Source: Candidatus Poribacteria bacterium
GTDB lineage: Bacteria; Poribacteria; WGA-4E; WGA-3G
Direction: 5' to 3'
Assembly (NCBI GenBank): GCA_022394775.1
Contig: JAGFCB010000020.1
Coordinates: 984 to 64,983, forward strand
Length of the DNA stretch: 64,000 nucleotides
In this document: piece by piece, positions 43,559 to 53,406 of the stretch
Position numbering within the stretch: position 1 is the first letter of the stretch
Layout of the letters: each line of letters begins with the position of its first letter
Position numbers and translations under genes: made by a program
The notes under the pieces: model-generated
What the model was told of the DNA's origin: nothing
Database searches by the model: none
What the model saw: the letters and a program-made list of their open reading frames with translations, nothing else

Positions 43559-43579
43559 GCATGGGACCATGACGGTATA

Positions 43580-44338
43580 CTATGCGTTCATGTTTGGTTG
43601 TGAATCGAGACCGAGCAAACGTTTTAGCGTCGGTGTTGCGCGCGAGATAACTTCGTCGGATACCAATCTGAGATGCGCCTGTTGCGGTTTCAAGATAGAA
43701 CGACAGAAGAAACCGAGTAACCCAACACGCGGTTCATTCGTTCTATTTTCTGATGAGCCATGCCATATTGCCCCGTTAACAATTAGAACGGAACCTCTCG
43801 GTCCACAGATCTGCAACTCGTCGGCATATTCGACACCCGATTCAGGTAACGCTTCGAGCCGTCCGTGGCTTCCGGGCACACAACTGGTTGCCCCATTTTC
43901 AAGCGTGAAGTCATCTAAAAACCAGACGCTGTTAGCGACGAGTGGAAAACTTGGGCGCGGTGTTGGCAAAGCAGATAACGGATAATCGATATGGAGACCG
44001 GCATCTGGTGCCCCGGGATAAAGCACATTCACTGTAAAGGAGCTCAATGTGCAATCGGGGCCGAGCAGATACTCCATCGCGGCGAGCATCTTCGGTTGTT
44101 GGATAGCTTCTTCAAAGATTTCGCCTTTGTCTACCAGATTCCAGACGCGTTGTGCGCTGTCGTTCGCGAGATATGTGTGACTTTTGCCGGTTTCTTGTTC
44201 TGCCGCAGCGAGTGCCAGCGAACGTTCCCGAAGCTGCAGCGTTGTATCTGAAGGTATAAGGCTTTCCAGCAGCAGGAAACCGCGTTGATCCAATTGTTCT
44301 TTTTCAGATTCATTTAATAACATAGGCTTTTTCCTCAA
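43580..44338 (-). CDS. phytanoyl-CoA dioxygenase (PhyH) family protein
   Basis: 252 aa. LDQRGFLLLESLIP, GLHIDYP, IWHGSSENRT. Confidence 0.85.
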   Translation of the reverse strand: MRKKPMLLNESEKEQLDQRGFLLLESLIPSDTTLQLRERSLALAAAEQETGKSHTYLANDSAQRVWNLVDKGEIFEEAIQQPKMLAAMEYLLGPDCTLSSFTVNVLYPGAPDAGLHIDYPLSALPTPRPSFPLVANSVWFLDDFTLENGATSCVPGSHGRLEALPESGVEYADELQICGPRGSVLIVNGAIWHGSSENRTNEPRVGLLGFFCRSILKPQQAHLRLVSDEVISRATPTLKRLLGLDSQPNMNA

Positions 44339-44466
44339 ATGCCATTACAGTCATTTGTAGATCTCTCGTAGGTACCTCTTGTGGATGCCACAAACTGTTT
44401 CTTGGTCATGATTTTCCAACCGAAAGGGTTAAAATCTGAAAATTAAATACCCTAAAATGTTTTTTG

Positions 44467-44495
44467 TTGACAGTTTAAGCGTTTTATAGTACTAT
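44467..44495 (+). promoter_or_regulatory. sigma70-like promoter P1 (TTGACA-17-TACTAT)
   Basis: TTGACA 44467-44472 and TACTAT 44490-44495, in the AT-rich region upstream of the giant gene. Confidence 0.5.
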
Positions 44496-44560
44496 GTCAA
44501 ACATATTGTCAATTTCTGCTAAAATAGTTGAAAACTGGCAACCGAAATTCAAATTTTGAT

Positions 44561-44589
44561 TTGACATATTTTTGAAATTGTGGTATTAT
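44561..44589 (+). promoter_or_regulatory. sigma70-like promoter P2 (TTGACA-17-TATTAT with TG extension)
   Basis: TTGACA 44561-44566 and tggTATTAT 44581-44589. This implies a leader of about 440 nt before the ATG at 45034. Confidence 0.5.
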
Positions 44590-45033
44590 TAATAGAAGTG
44601 AATTGCAATTTAATCGATGAGATACCGATGCGGCGGGAACACATTTTTACCGATTGCATAAAACATCACATATACTGTGCAGGGTGATTTTGCTTGCCGG
44701 TTTTCTGCCTGTAACACGAACATCTTTGCCACGTAGCGATTAAATGCTTGCTTAATTTGCCACTTTTTGTTAAAATAATAGAAAAATTCCCGCAAGGTCA
44801 AATATAAAAGTTGGGTGCCCGCTTTTTCACTAACTTTTGACTTGTGCCATAGGTTGTGCAAACCTTATCCTACGGCTATATCGGTATCGGGAAATTTTAA
44901 TGCTCGTTGGTAGGTTGTTAGTTGGATGGGCAAACATCTACCCCAGTCGTCTTTGTTGTATTCTCGCTTGCCCATCTAAGATACTCAGTACTTAGTCTCG
45001 CGAGCGCGCAGACTTGATGAGGAGGATGAGTTA

Positions 45034-48000
45034 ATGAAAAAACGAACACTCGTTTGTTTTTTGATTTTTACATTGTGTGTTTTTTACACCGCAATACCGA
45101 ACACAGTTTTCGGGCAAGAAGAGGGAGTTGCTCTCGCTAACCAAGTTTTTGACGAGTATAGCGAGACGCTTCAGCGTGACGACGTTAAATCATTGCTTCC
45201 AAAGATCTTAGACGGTCTTGCGGGGGCAGGTGATGATCAAGATATTCCAGCTCTCGTTGATACGGCTATCGCTTTGATTAACGCCGGTCAAGGGGCAGCC
45301 CTACAAGGACTCGCTGCTGGACAGGGTGTTACGCTAACAGATGACCATATAAAACTTCTTGCAGATCCGGAGGTCCAAACGTTACTTACGGCTGAAACCA
45401 CTAAGGAGCTGCTCGGGCTTAAGGGTGCGGAACTTCAGGCAGGACTCGCAGAGCTCTTGAGGTTAGCTAATGAACCGGTCGAAGAGGTAACACCGCCGCC
45501 AGAAGAGGAAGTGACACCGCCGCCAGAAGAGGTAATACCCCCGACAATTGCTCTCGCTAACCAAGTTTTTGACGAGCACAGCCAGACACTTCAGCGTGAC
45601 GACGTTAAATCACTGCTTCCACAGATCTTGGACGGTCTTCAGCAGGCAGGTGACGATGTCGATATCCCAGGTCTGATTGATACGGCTATCGCTTTGATTA
45701 ATGCCGGTCAAGGGGCAACCCTACAGGGACTCGCTGCTGGACAGGGTGTTCCGCTAACAGATGATCATATAACACTTCTTGCAGATCCGGATGTCCAAAT
45801 GTTACTTACGGCTGAAACCACTAAGGAACTGCTCGGGCTTAAGGGTGCGGAACTTCAGGTAGGACTCGCAGAGCTCTTGAGGTTAGCTAATGAACCGGTT
45901 GAAGAGGTAACACCTCCGCCAGAAGAGGAAGTAACACCTCCGCCAGAAGAGGAGGTAACACCTCCGCCAGAAGTGGTACCGCCTCCACCAGAGGATAAAG
46001 CACCTCCCTTTGAGCCTGCAACGCCTACAAGAGATTACCTGTTAGGTAAGTCTCGACTTGGTGGTTTGTCCCTAAACGGTGCTTCTGGCAGAAGGTTCGT
46101 TGAAGACTTTATTGCTGCACTGGCACCTGCTGGAATATCACTTGAAGCAGAGGTCGTAGTGGATGCTGTCCTTGATGCAGTGCCAACAGGGTTTTTGCCC
46201 AAAAAGCAGATTCGCAATCTTTTACTGTCAAAGCGTCTCAGTGTTTTCCCTCAGGAAGAGGATCAGTTAGATGCCGAGAACTTCGGAAATGCTATAATGC
46301 CGAATTTCACCGATTTTCTCTACTCAGATTTTGGCGACGCACCAAACCAAAAATACCTGACAAGCGATGGTCTGCACGTTTATACGCGTGTTCCAGCAAA
46401 GGTTGCGGGTGTCGAGTTTAGTCTCTCAGATGGTAGAACGATTCCCGGCACAGAGTTTAAAATGGCTGAACTCGGAGCCGATACCATCGATTATACCTTC
46501 CGCTTAGAGGAAACGCTTGCTGCCACTAACTTACCCGCATGGCCAGACTTAGATGCTCAGTTGTTCTCCGGTGTTACGCTCCGATATTCAAATACCGGTT
46601 CTATGAATGATGACTATATTGGCGTTACTATGCAACCGGTACCTGGAGAAAATGGAGTCGTCTGGGAAGCAAAATTGGGTATACCTGCTGGTCGTAGCAC
46701 GTATTACTATTTTGAAGTAATGCTTGCTGAACCGTTGACGTTCACCGCACTGGACCGGGACGCTATTGCCGCCCTCGATCCGACCACCGCTACGTTAGCA
46801 GATGTCCTCAATCCGGCGAATCTACATCAAATTACGATTGAAGGTTGGGCAATGCCTGATCCGCGTAACCTCCAATTAGCGGACCGCGGTATTGTTGAGG
46901 CGTTATTCACACCTAACTTGGTAGATGCGTTTAGGGAAATATTGGATTCGCCGCAAACCCTTCAGTTCATCGCGGGTCAGGCTGATTTAAATAACATTGC
47001 TACACCAAAGCAGTTGCGTAGAATCCAGACCATATTGCTCCGTAATACGAACGCGCTGACAACTCAATTTGAGGAAGCGTTTGATCCGATGTTGGCTTCT
47101 GTTTTCACCGTGCCACGTGTTGATCTGGAAACCCAATCACTCTGGACTGCCCACATTGATAATATTGCTGATGGCAACTATCAGTTGAAAGCGGATGTTC
47201 TTGCTGATGACGGAACCGTTCTTGATCGGATGCAAGAGAATATCACTGTTGACACGAGCGCACCGGAAGCAAATATCGGCATTAGTCCAGGTGAGGACGC
47301 AAATGCTACTGGCTATATGAACGATGATGGAATTTATGTTGCTACTGCACCTACTGTTGGCACCGCCGCAACGCTCAAGATTATGGGTATGCCGACGGTT
47401 CCTGGTGAGATCGCTCCAGGTAGAGGTTATCTTCTCTATCAATTGATCGCACTGAACGAAGATGGGACACCTTACCTCGGAGACCCATCGATTCAAAAAC
47501 CCAACACTTGGATGCCGTTGACTGTTGACTCCACTATGTTGGTATCCAATATTTGGGACGCAGTTCGAGGGGCGATTGCAGAGGGACGATTGAACGCACC
47601 AACTGATCCAACCCTTCAGACAGTCTTGGCATTGCCGTTAGATGGAATATTGGGTATTCTGAATGCCGGTTTAATACAGCAATTCGCAGATCCGGTCCTA
47701 AAAGATTTGGAACCTTTTATAGGGTTTAGCAGTTTAAATGATAGCCAGGCGCAATTGATAGTTGAAGCACTCGGTGCTACAATAGACATCATTGACCATC
47801 TTGTACCTGTAACCTTTGATCCATCTGGGCACGTAGTGATGCCTATCCAGGGTGCGCAAATGCCGCTTATAACTGGTGATTACGGCATCCGCGCAATGGG
47901 ACTGGATAGTCTCTTCAATGTTGGTGCTTACGCCGCACCTACCCATCTCAGGATCGTTGAGCCAAGTGCCAATACTGATCGCGCAAGCATTGTGAATGCT

Positions 48001-51000
48001 AATATCGGCGACTTCAACAATGATGGTATGGTTGATCCTGAATACGAAACCGGAATTATCTACGCAAATACCAAAAATGTCATGATAACCGGGACTGTAA
48101 CCCAAAAACACCCGATCCAATCTGTTGTGATCCAATACAAGGACGCAAGTGACAATTGGGTAAACATCGACGAAGCTGCTGTCATGGGTGCAGACTTTGA
48201 ATACACTTGGAACGTTGATAATTTTGACGCATTAATCAGTGCAGGCGACACTGTCATGGTGCGCGCCAAGGCAACCAATGCGCTTCAACTTCCAGACCTT
48301 GAACCCATGCCGTTCTCAATCAAGTTGGATCCTGGTATCTATCCGCCTAAAGTGTTGGATATTGTAGCTGATGAGGGCGAGAGTCAAAACGCAGATAGTG
48401 GTGCCCCACAAGGCATGGTCACTATTACCGCATCTACGGAACCACTGACCGGTCCAAAGACTGTTGCGGTTCGGTTTGAAGCCAAACGCCCAACCGATGA
48501 AACGTGGATCCCACTCGGCACAGATAACGCTGTTGCGAGTGCTGTTGGCGCAGCTGTTGATGCTGCTCTTGAAGGTGCTACCGCTGCTCCGATCAGTGTG
48601 GATGGTAAGCAAACATGGTCAATAGAAGTAAATACAGCAGAGGACTTGGAAGACACTATCACGAAGGACAGCCCCGGTGCACGGGACAAATCCAAGGATG
48701 ATAACCAGTATACAATTCGTGCCTTTGCTGTTGACGCAAGCGGAAAAGAGTGGCCCTCTGATAAGACTACGATGCTCTCGGTTGACAACGTTGACGATGT
48801 CGCACCCCTTGCACCTACAAGTATTAGTGTGACGGATGTTGATGGCGTTGATGTCGTCTTTGAAGATGAAGATGGTAATTACACTGTTGGTGGACTCGTC
48901 GATAAATATGACGATGATGTCCCATCGCCAGAGGCTACATTTACGATTAAACCCGAAGCAGAGCGGAAGACTTACACATCGGTCAAATTTACAATGACGG
49001 ATGCTGCAGGTACTGATAGTGAATTAAAAGTAGCCGAAACCGCTGAAGGCGGCGTTTTCACCGTAAAAGTTGATGTCGGCACACTTGCTGATGGTACTTA
49101 TACGTTCCAAGCACTCGCCTATGATGAGGTTCCCAACGTGGAAGCCGATACGGACGACTCCAAAGTCTTAGTGACGGTTAAAAACACTTTCCGACCGGAA
49201 CCGAAAGTTTTGGCTCTCGCTGTGGACCCCGAAAGCATCACACAAACAAACCCGGATAGTGGTGCACCGCAGGGGACCATCACACTCCACGCCTATTCGC
49301 ACGAGATCAGTTCTCCGGCGACGAAGGGTGTCCGTCTTGTAGTCAAACGTCCTGGTGATGAAGAGTGGATAGATGCTGGCGAGGCTACTGAAAGTACGCC
49401 GACTACCGAAATTTCGGACACAACCCTTACAGATTTTGTTGGGGACTTAGCCAATGCTGCAACGGATACAGCAGTTGTACCGATCAATCGAACCTATCAA
49501 ATGTGGGCGATTGAAGTAGATACAACCCAGCTTGAAGATACCATTACCGCTGAGAACCCTGCAGCAGCACGCGACGCGTCTAAAGACAAAAACCAATATA
49601 CGGTTCGTGCAATCCCAATTGAAGAAGCAGAGGATTTTGACGATCCAGAGGCATCTCCAAATGCTACGGCCATGTTCTCAGTTGACAATGATGACGATGT
49701 CGAGCCATTAGGTCCGACGAACATTGTCGCTGTTGCGGACGTTGCTGGTCCGATTGAAGCAAACGAAGATAATATTTACACTGTCGGTGGGATTGTTGAT
49801 GATACAGTTCCTTCACCGATAGCAACATTTACAATTGAGCCGACTGCTGATCCTGCTACCTACGCATCCGTCAACTTGGTGCAAACCGCAGGGGAGGTTT
49901 CCGAAACTGTTGCCGAAGGCGAAGCCGGTGTGCTTGACATTACAATTGATGTTGGCGCGCTTGAAAATGGAACTTATATGTTCCACGCTTTAGCCGTTGA
50001 TAAGTCCGGTAACGTGCAAACCGATGAGTCTCCGATGATAACGGTGCATGTCCTGAACTTCCGAGTCTCTGATGTTGCTGACTTAGCGGTCAGCGCTGTT
50101 GATGGTACGGACGTTGCGGAATCACCCGCAGAACCGATTCCACTTCGCAATTCAGTCACGGTGAGTTTTACGGTTGCAAACGGTTCATTAGCAGCTGAAG
50201 AACTTAGCGGCACAGTAAACGGAGATGGTGTACCGAGCGAAAGTGCTGAAGATCCGGAAAATACCTTCTCACTGATGGTAGAGGTCGGAGCACTTGCAGA
50301 CGGAGTCTATACACCCGACGCTTTGGTCACAAAACGGAACGGTTCGGTCGCTTTCCCAATAACAACAGTTAATGTGGATAACACCGGTCCAATGGTTACT
50401 ATCGAATCTCCTACGGATGGTGAAGCGGTAGATAGCCTGCCGACTGTACACGCAAGTTATCACGATGGTGCGGGTGCGGGTGTTGATGGTACCACTGGAA
50501 GCCTTGATTTGGCACGTCTCCAGCCACCTGACGCTGTTGAAGTGGTTGTTGACCAAGCGGAACTTGAAAAAGATGCTGAAGCCTTGGTCTATACCCGTAG
50601 TGAGCAACTTGCCGGTGGCGCGTATCGTGTAACTGTTGAAGTTGCTGATATCCTCGGTAACGTCGGTACGAGTATGCGGGAATTCACTGTCAATGGGACG
50701 CTCCCAACTGTTGCGATTCATTCGCCGGTTTCAGGGCAAACCTTTGAGCACGGCAAACCGCCGATCAGTGGTGAATTTTCGGGTGCTGGCACTATTGAAA
50801 TTACTACGTTTACTATCAACGATGTTGATGCAACACCAGAGGTAGACGGGAACCAATTTTCCTATACACCTGGGGAAGCATTGAGCGATGGTGATTACAA
50901 GGTCGTTGTCGCAGTCACTGACGGTGATGGTAATGTCGCACAGGCATCCAGTATCTTCACGGTAGATATGCCGAGAGACACAACACCACCAGTGATCTCC

Positions 51001-52323
51001 GCAGCTGCACCTAATGGAGTCATTAGGGATGCAGACCACGCTAAAGTCGGGTCGGCAAAGATCTCAGCGGTCGTGACTGACGAGCAATCGTCCATTTTAT
51101 CTGTGAAATACAGCATAAATGGTGGTCAACTCCGTTCCATATCCAACTTGAATGTTGCTGGTGGGAAGATCGAAGCACCGATAGACTTTGAAGCACACGG
51201 AGCAGGTCTGTACAACGTACGACTCGTTGCAACCAGCCAAGGTGGTACCACGGAATACACGTGGAGTTTCACACTCATTGTTGATAATATCGCACCTACG
51301 ATCACCTCGATTAGCCCGTCTGGAACGATCCGTGGCGGACTCCCGGTTATCTCCGCGAGTGCCAACGACGATTCAGGCGTTTCTAAAATAACAATCACTG
51401 TTATGGATAGTACGGGTAAAGAGGTGAAGGGTAAGACCCAAGATGATGGTGAAAGCGATGTTGAAGGTATCACCCGTTTGGATTTCAATCCTGAAGCACC
51501 GCTTGATGAAGGTGTTTACACGATTGAGGTTCGCGCAACGGATCCATACGAGAACTCCGCTTCAGCTAAAGGGACTTTCACTATTGACTTTGATACCGCT
51601 GCACCGGTCATCACAATGGCATCGCCACAACAGGATGCACGCATTGTGCTGAAAGCAGGGGATAAGGCGCCGACAGTTTCGATTGCCTATGCCGATGCTG
51701 AATCCGGTGTAAACGTTGAGTCTATTGTCTTGACACTGGAAGGCCCTGTATTCAAGTCTACCCCGAGTGGTGATAAACCTAACCTCAAGCCTGAGCAGAA
51801 GACGGCAAGCCAGGTTATGTATACACTGCCTTTCAATACAGTAGTAGATAAACCTGAAAGATGGGTCGGAGAATATGTGGTTAGACTTGAGGTGGCTGAC
51901 AACGCGCACTTAGAGGGCAATGTCTCTGAAAAGAGTAAAGGTGCCCGTAAGGCGAATGCGACAGTCCATCAGTTTAGCTTTACTATTGAAAGTGCCGAAG
52001 GTCCAATACTGGCAGCACGTCCGATTAACTACCCCAACCCGTTCAAGGATAACACGCGGATCTCCTTTACATTGGCTCGAGAATCTACGGTCAGTATTGT
52101 CATCTATGACAGCACGCTCCGTCCGGTTCGAGTGCTGATGGATAATGCGGTATTGCCAGCAGGCAATTATACCCGTAAGGAGGTTGGTTCGGATGCCTTC
52201 GGTTGGGATGGGAAATCGAGCAGTGGTGAAGATATGGCACGAGGTATCTACTTCTGCGAGATCATCGTAGCAGATGGTTTAGAACCCGAATATGCCATTC
52301 TCAAACTCGCACTGACGCGCTAA
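45034..52323 (+). CDS. giant secreted repeat protein: signal peptide, duplicated helical N-domains with PPPEEEVT linkers, many Ig-like domains, FlgD-Ig/T9SS-type C-terminal domain
   Basis: 2429 aa. GAGGAGG SD. Signal peptide MKKRTLVCFLIFTLCVFYTAIPNTVFGQ. Repeated domain boundaries VDNTGPMVTIESP, DTTPPVISAAAP, VDNIAPTITSISP, DTAAPVITMASP. C-terminus NYPNPFKDNTRISFTL...VSIVIYD...FGWDGKSSSGEDMARGIYFCEI. Confidence 0.9.
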   Translation: MKKRTLVCFLIFTLCVFYTAIPNTVFGQEEGVALANQVFDEYSETLQRDDVKSLLPKILDGLAGAGDDQDIPALVDTAIALINAGQGAALQGLAAGQGVTLTDDHIKLLADPEVQTLLTAETTKELLGLKGAELQAGLAELLRLANEPVEEVTPPPEEEVTPPPEEVIPPTIALANQVFDEHSQTLQRDDVKSLLPQILDGLQQAGDDVDIPGLIDTAIALINAGQGATLQGLAAGQGVPLTDDHITLLADPDVQMLLTAETTKELLGLKGAELQVGLAELLRLANEPVEEVTPPPEEEVTPPPEEEVTPPPEVVPPPPEDKAPPFEPATPTRDYLLGKSRLGGLSLNGASGRRFVEDFIAALAPAGISLEAEVVVDAVLDAVPTGFLPKKQIRNLLLSKRLSVFPQEEDQLDAENFGNAIMPNFTDFLYSDFGDAPNQKYLTSDGLHVYTRVPAKVAGVEFSLSDGRTIPGTEFKMAELGADTIDYTFRLEETLAATNLPAWPDLDAQLFSGVTLRYSNTGSMNDDYIGVTMQPVPGENGVVWEAKLGIPAGRSTYYYFEVMLAEPLTFTALDRDAIAALDPTTATLADVLNPANLHQITIEGWAMPDPRNLQLADRGIVEALFTPNLVDAFREILDSPQTLQFIAGQADLNNIATPKQLRRIQTILLRNTNALTTQFEEAFDPMLASVFTVPRVDLETQSLWTAHIDNIADGNYQLKADVLADDGTVLDRMQENITVDTSAPEANIGISPGEDANATGYMNDDGIYVATAPTVGTAATLKIMGMPTVPGEIAPGRGYLLYQLIALNEDGTPYLGDPSIQKPNTWMPLTVDSTMLVSNIWDAVRGAIAEGRLNAPTDPTLQTVLALPLDGILGILNAGLIQQFADPVLKDLEPFIGFSSLNDSQAQLIVEALGATIDIIDHLVPVTFDPSGHVVMPIQGAQMPLITGDYGIRAMGLDSLFNVGAYAAPTHLRIVEPSANTDRASIVNANIGDFNNDGMVDPEYETGIIYANTKNVMITGTVTQKHPIQSVVIQYKDASDNWVNIDEAAVMGADFEYTWNVDNFDALISAGDTVMVRAKATNALQLPDLEPMPFSIKLDPGIYPPKVLDIVADEGESQNADSGAPQGMVTITASTEPLTGPKTVAVRFEAKRPTDETWIPLGTDNAVASAVGAAVDAALEGATAAPISVDGKQTWSIEVNTAEDLEDTITKDSPGARDKSKDDNQYTIRAFAVDASGKEWPSDKTTMLSVDNVDDVAPLAPTSISVTDVDGVDVVFEDEDGNYTVGGLVDKYDDDVPSPEATFTIKPEAERKTYTSVKFTMTDAAGTDSELKVAETAEGGVFTVKVDVGTLADGTYTFQALAYDEVPNVEADTDDSKVLVTVKNTFRPEPKVLALAVDPESITQTNPDSGAPQGTITLHAYSHEISSPATKGVRLVVKRPGDEEWIDAGEATESTPTTEISDTTLTDFVGDLANAATDTAVVPINRTYQMWAIEVDTTQLEDTITAENPAAARDASKDKNQYTVRAIPIEEAEDFDDPEASPNATAMFSVDNDDDVEPLGPTNIVAVADVAGPIEANEDNIYTVGGIVDDTVPSPIATFTIEPTADPATYASVNLVQTAGEVSETVAEGEAGVLDITIDVGALENGTYMFHALAVDKSGNVQTDESPMITVHVLNFRVSDVADLAVSAVDGTDVAESPAEPIPLRNSVTVSFTVANGSLAAEELSGTVNGDGVPSESAEDPENTFSLMVEVGALADGVYTPDALVTKRNGSVAFPITTVNVDNTGPMVTIESPTDGEAVDSLPTVHASYHDGAGAGVDGTTGSLDLARLQPPDAVEVVVDQAELEKDAEALVYTRSEQLAGGAYRVTVEVADILGNVGTSMREFTVNGTLPTVAIHSPVSGQTFEHGKPPISGEFSGAGTIEITTFTINDVDATPEVDGNQFSYTPGEALSDGDYKVVVAVTDGDGNVAQASSIFTVDMPRDTTPPVISAAAPNGVIRDADHAKVGSAKISAVVTDEQSSILSVKYSINGGQLRSISNLNVAGGKIEAPIDFEAHGAGLYNVRLVATSQGGTTEYTWSFTLIVDNIAPTITSISPSGTIRGGLPVISASANDDSGVSKITITVMDSTGKEVKGKTQDDGESDVEGITRLDFNPEAPLDEGVYTIEVRATDPYENSASAKGTFTIDFDTAAPVITMASPQQDARIVLKAGDKAPTVSIAYADAESGVNVESIVLTLEGPVFKSTPSGDKPNLKPEQKTASQVMYTLPFNTVVDKPERWVGEYVVRLEVADNAHLEGNVSEKSKGARKANATVHQFSFTIESAEGPILAARPINYPNPFKDNTRISFTLARESTVSIVIYDSTLRPVRVLMDNAVLPAGNYTRKEVGSDAFGWDGKSSSGEDMARGIYFCEIIVADGLEPEYAILKLALTR
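45128..45967 (+). repeat. tandem duplication, 2 x 420 bp, roughly 90 percent identical by eye (coding)
   Basis: Unit 1 starts ttgctctcgctaaccaagtttttgacgag at 45128. The same string recurs at 45548. Each unit ends in 24-nt PPPEEEVT microrepeats. Confidence 0.9.
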
Positions 52324-52395
52324 GTAAATGGCGGTCCGCATATCGGGAATTGGACATGCGTCCAGTTCCCGATGTGGACACTGAAGGAGGATATA

Positions 52396-53394
52396 ATGTT
52401 AATGACAAAGCAAATTGCTAAATGGGCTTCAAAAGGATGCCCAAAATTGCTATGTGGTTTAATGCCACTTTTCTTTCTTATCCTAGCGGTGTCGCCGGTC
52501 AGTTTTGCCGGAGTGGATGCCATGCCACATCTAAGGCTTGGTGCCGGTGCACGCTCGATTGGTTTAGGCGGTGCTTTCACAGCTATCGCCGATGATGCCA
52601 CCGCAACAGTTTGGAATCCAGCAGGACTCGGATCTGCAGCGGATTTAAGTCTCAATCTTTCAACCCAACAACTCGACCTTGATAGAAGCCACAACTTTAT
52701 CGCGTTGACAAAAGCACTCGGTTCAGCCGGTTCTATCGGGCTTGCAGTCGTAAACGCTGGTGTCAGCGGTATCCCGCAGTACGATAACCAAGCAAATCAC
52801 CAAGGTGAGTTTGACTATAGCGCAAACGCTTATTCCCTCTCTTATGGCGTTGGTCTCGGGAATTTCAATATCGGTTTAACAGGTCGCATGCTGATGGATA
52901 ACTTCGGTTTAGACAGTGTTGAAAACCAGAGTGGGTTTGGTGGTGTAGATGTCGGTTTGATGGGACATGCGCTGCACATAGATGTTGGTGAAGAAAAAGT
53001 TCCAACCTTCCATTATGGCGTTGTTGCTAAATACCTCGGCGCATCCCTTGGTGATGACACCGTTCCGATGGTAGTCAATCTCGGTTTGGCTTACAATCTC
53101 TATATGGGCAATGTCGTTACATTCGCAGCAGATGTCGAGCATGAGCTCGTCAATCTTGATGAGAGTGCAACGAGCCTACGGCTTGGAACTGAGTACACGA
53201 TCGTCACTTACAAATCTACTGCTTTGTCCATCCGTGGTGGCGTCAAAGCTTCACGCGATGTACAGAACCTCTTTGGTGGGTTTGGTGTGAACATAAGTGG
53301 GCTGCAGATTGACTATGCTATCCAAGATGGCATGGCAAGTGAAATCAATGGCGTCGGCTCAACTCACTTTGCTTCCCTCTCTTATAGATTTTAA
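52396..53394 (+). CDS. PorV/PorQ-family-like outer-membrane beta-barrel protein
   Basis: The ATG at 52396 follows AAGGAGG. Signal peptide, then LRLGAGARSIGLGGAFTAIADDATATVWNPAGLG (family hallmark). C-terminal ...SLSYRF has the terminal Phe typical of OMPs. Confidence 0.7.
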   Translation: MLMTKQIAKWASKGCPKLLCGLMPLFFLILAVSPVSFAGVDAMPHLRLGAGARSIGLGGAFTAIADDATATVWNPAGLGSAADLSLNLSTQQLDLDRSHNFIALTKALGSAGSIGLAVVNAGVSGIPQYDNQANHQGEFDYSANAYSLSYGVGLGNFNIGLTGRMLMDNFGLDSVENQSGFGGVDVGLMGHALHIDVGEEKVPTFHYGVVAKYLGASLGDDTVPMVVNLGLAYNLYMGNVVTFAADVEHELVNLDESATSLRLGTEYTIVTYKSTALSIRGGVKASRDVQNLFGGFGVNISGLQIDYAIQDGMASEINGVGSTHFASLSYRF

Positions 53395-53406
53395 AGGAGA
53401 AAACGT

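Noticed and set aside
44610-44861. 83-aa minus-strand ORF in the giant-gene upstream region
   Set aside because: TTG start without an SD, AT-rich codon composition, no recognisable family, and it overlaps the predicted leader. It is more likely non-coding.
45470-46000. Short direct repeats (gaagaggtaacaccgccgccagaagagg...) that superficially look like a repeat-spacer array
   Set aside because: They are in-frame coding microrepeats (EEVTPPP) within the giant gene, have no unique spacers of CRISPR size, and no cas genes are present.
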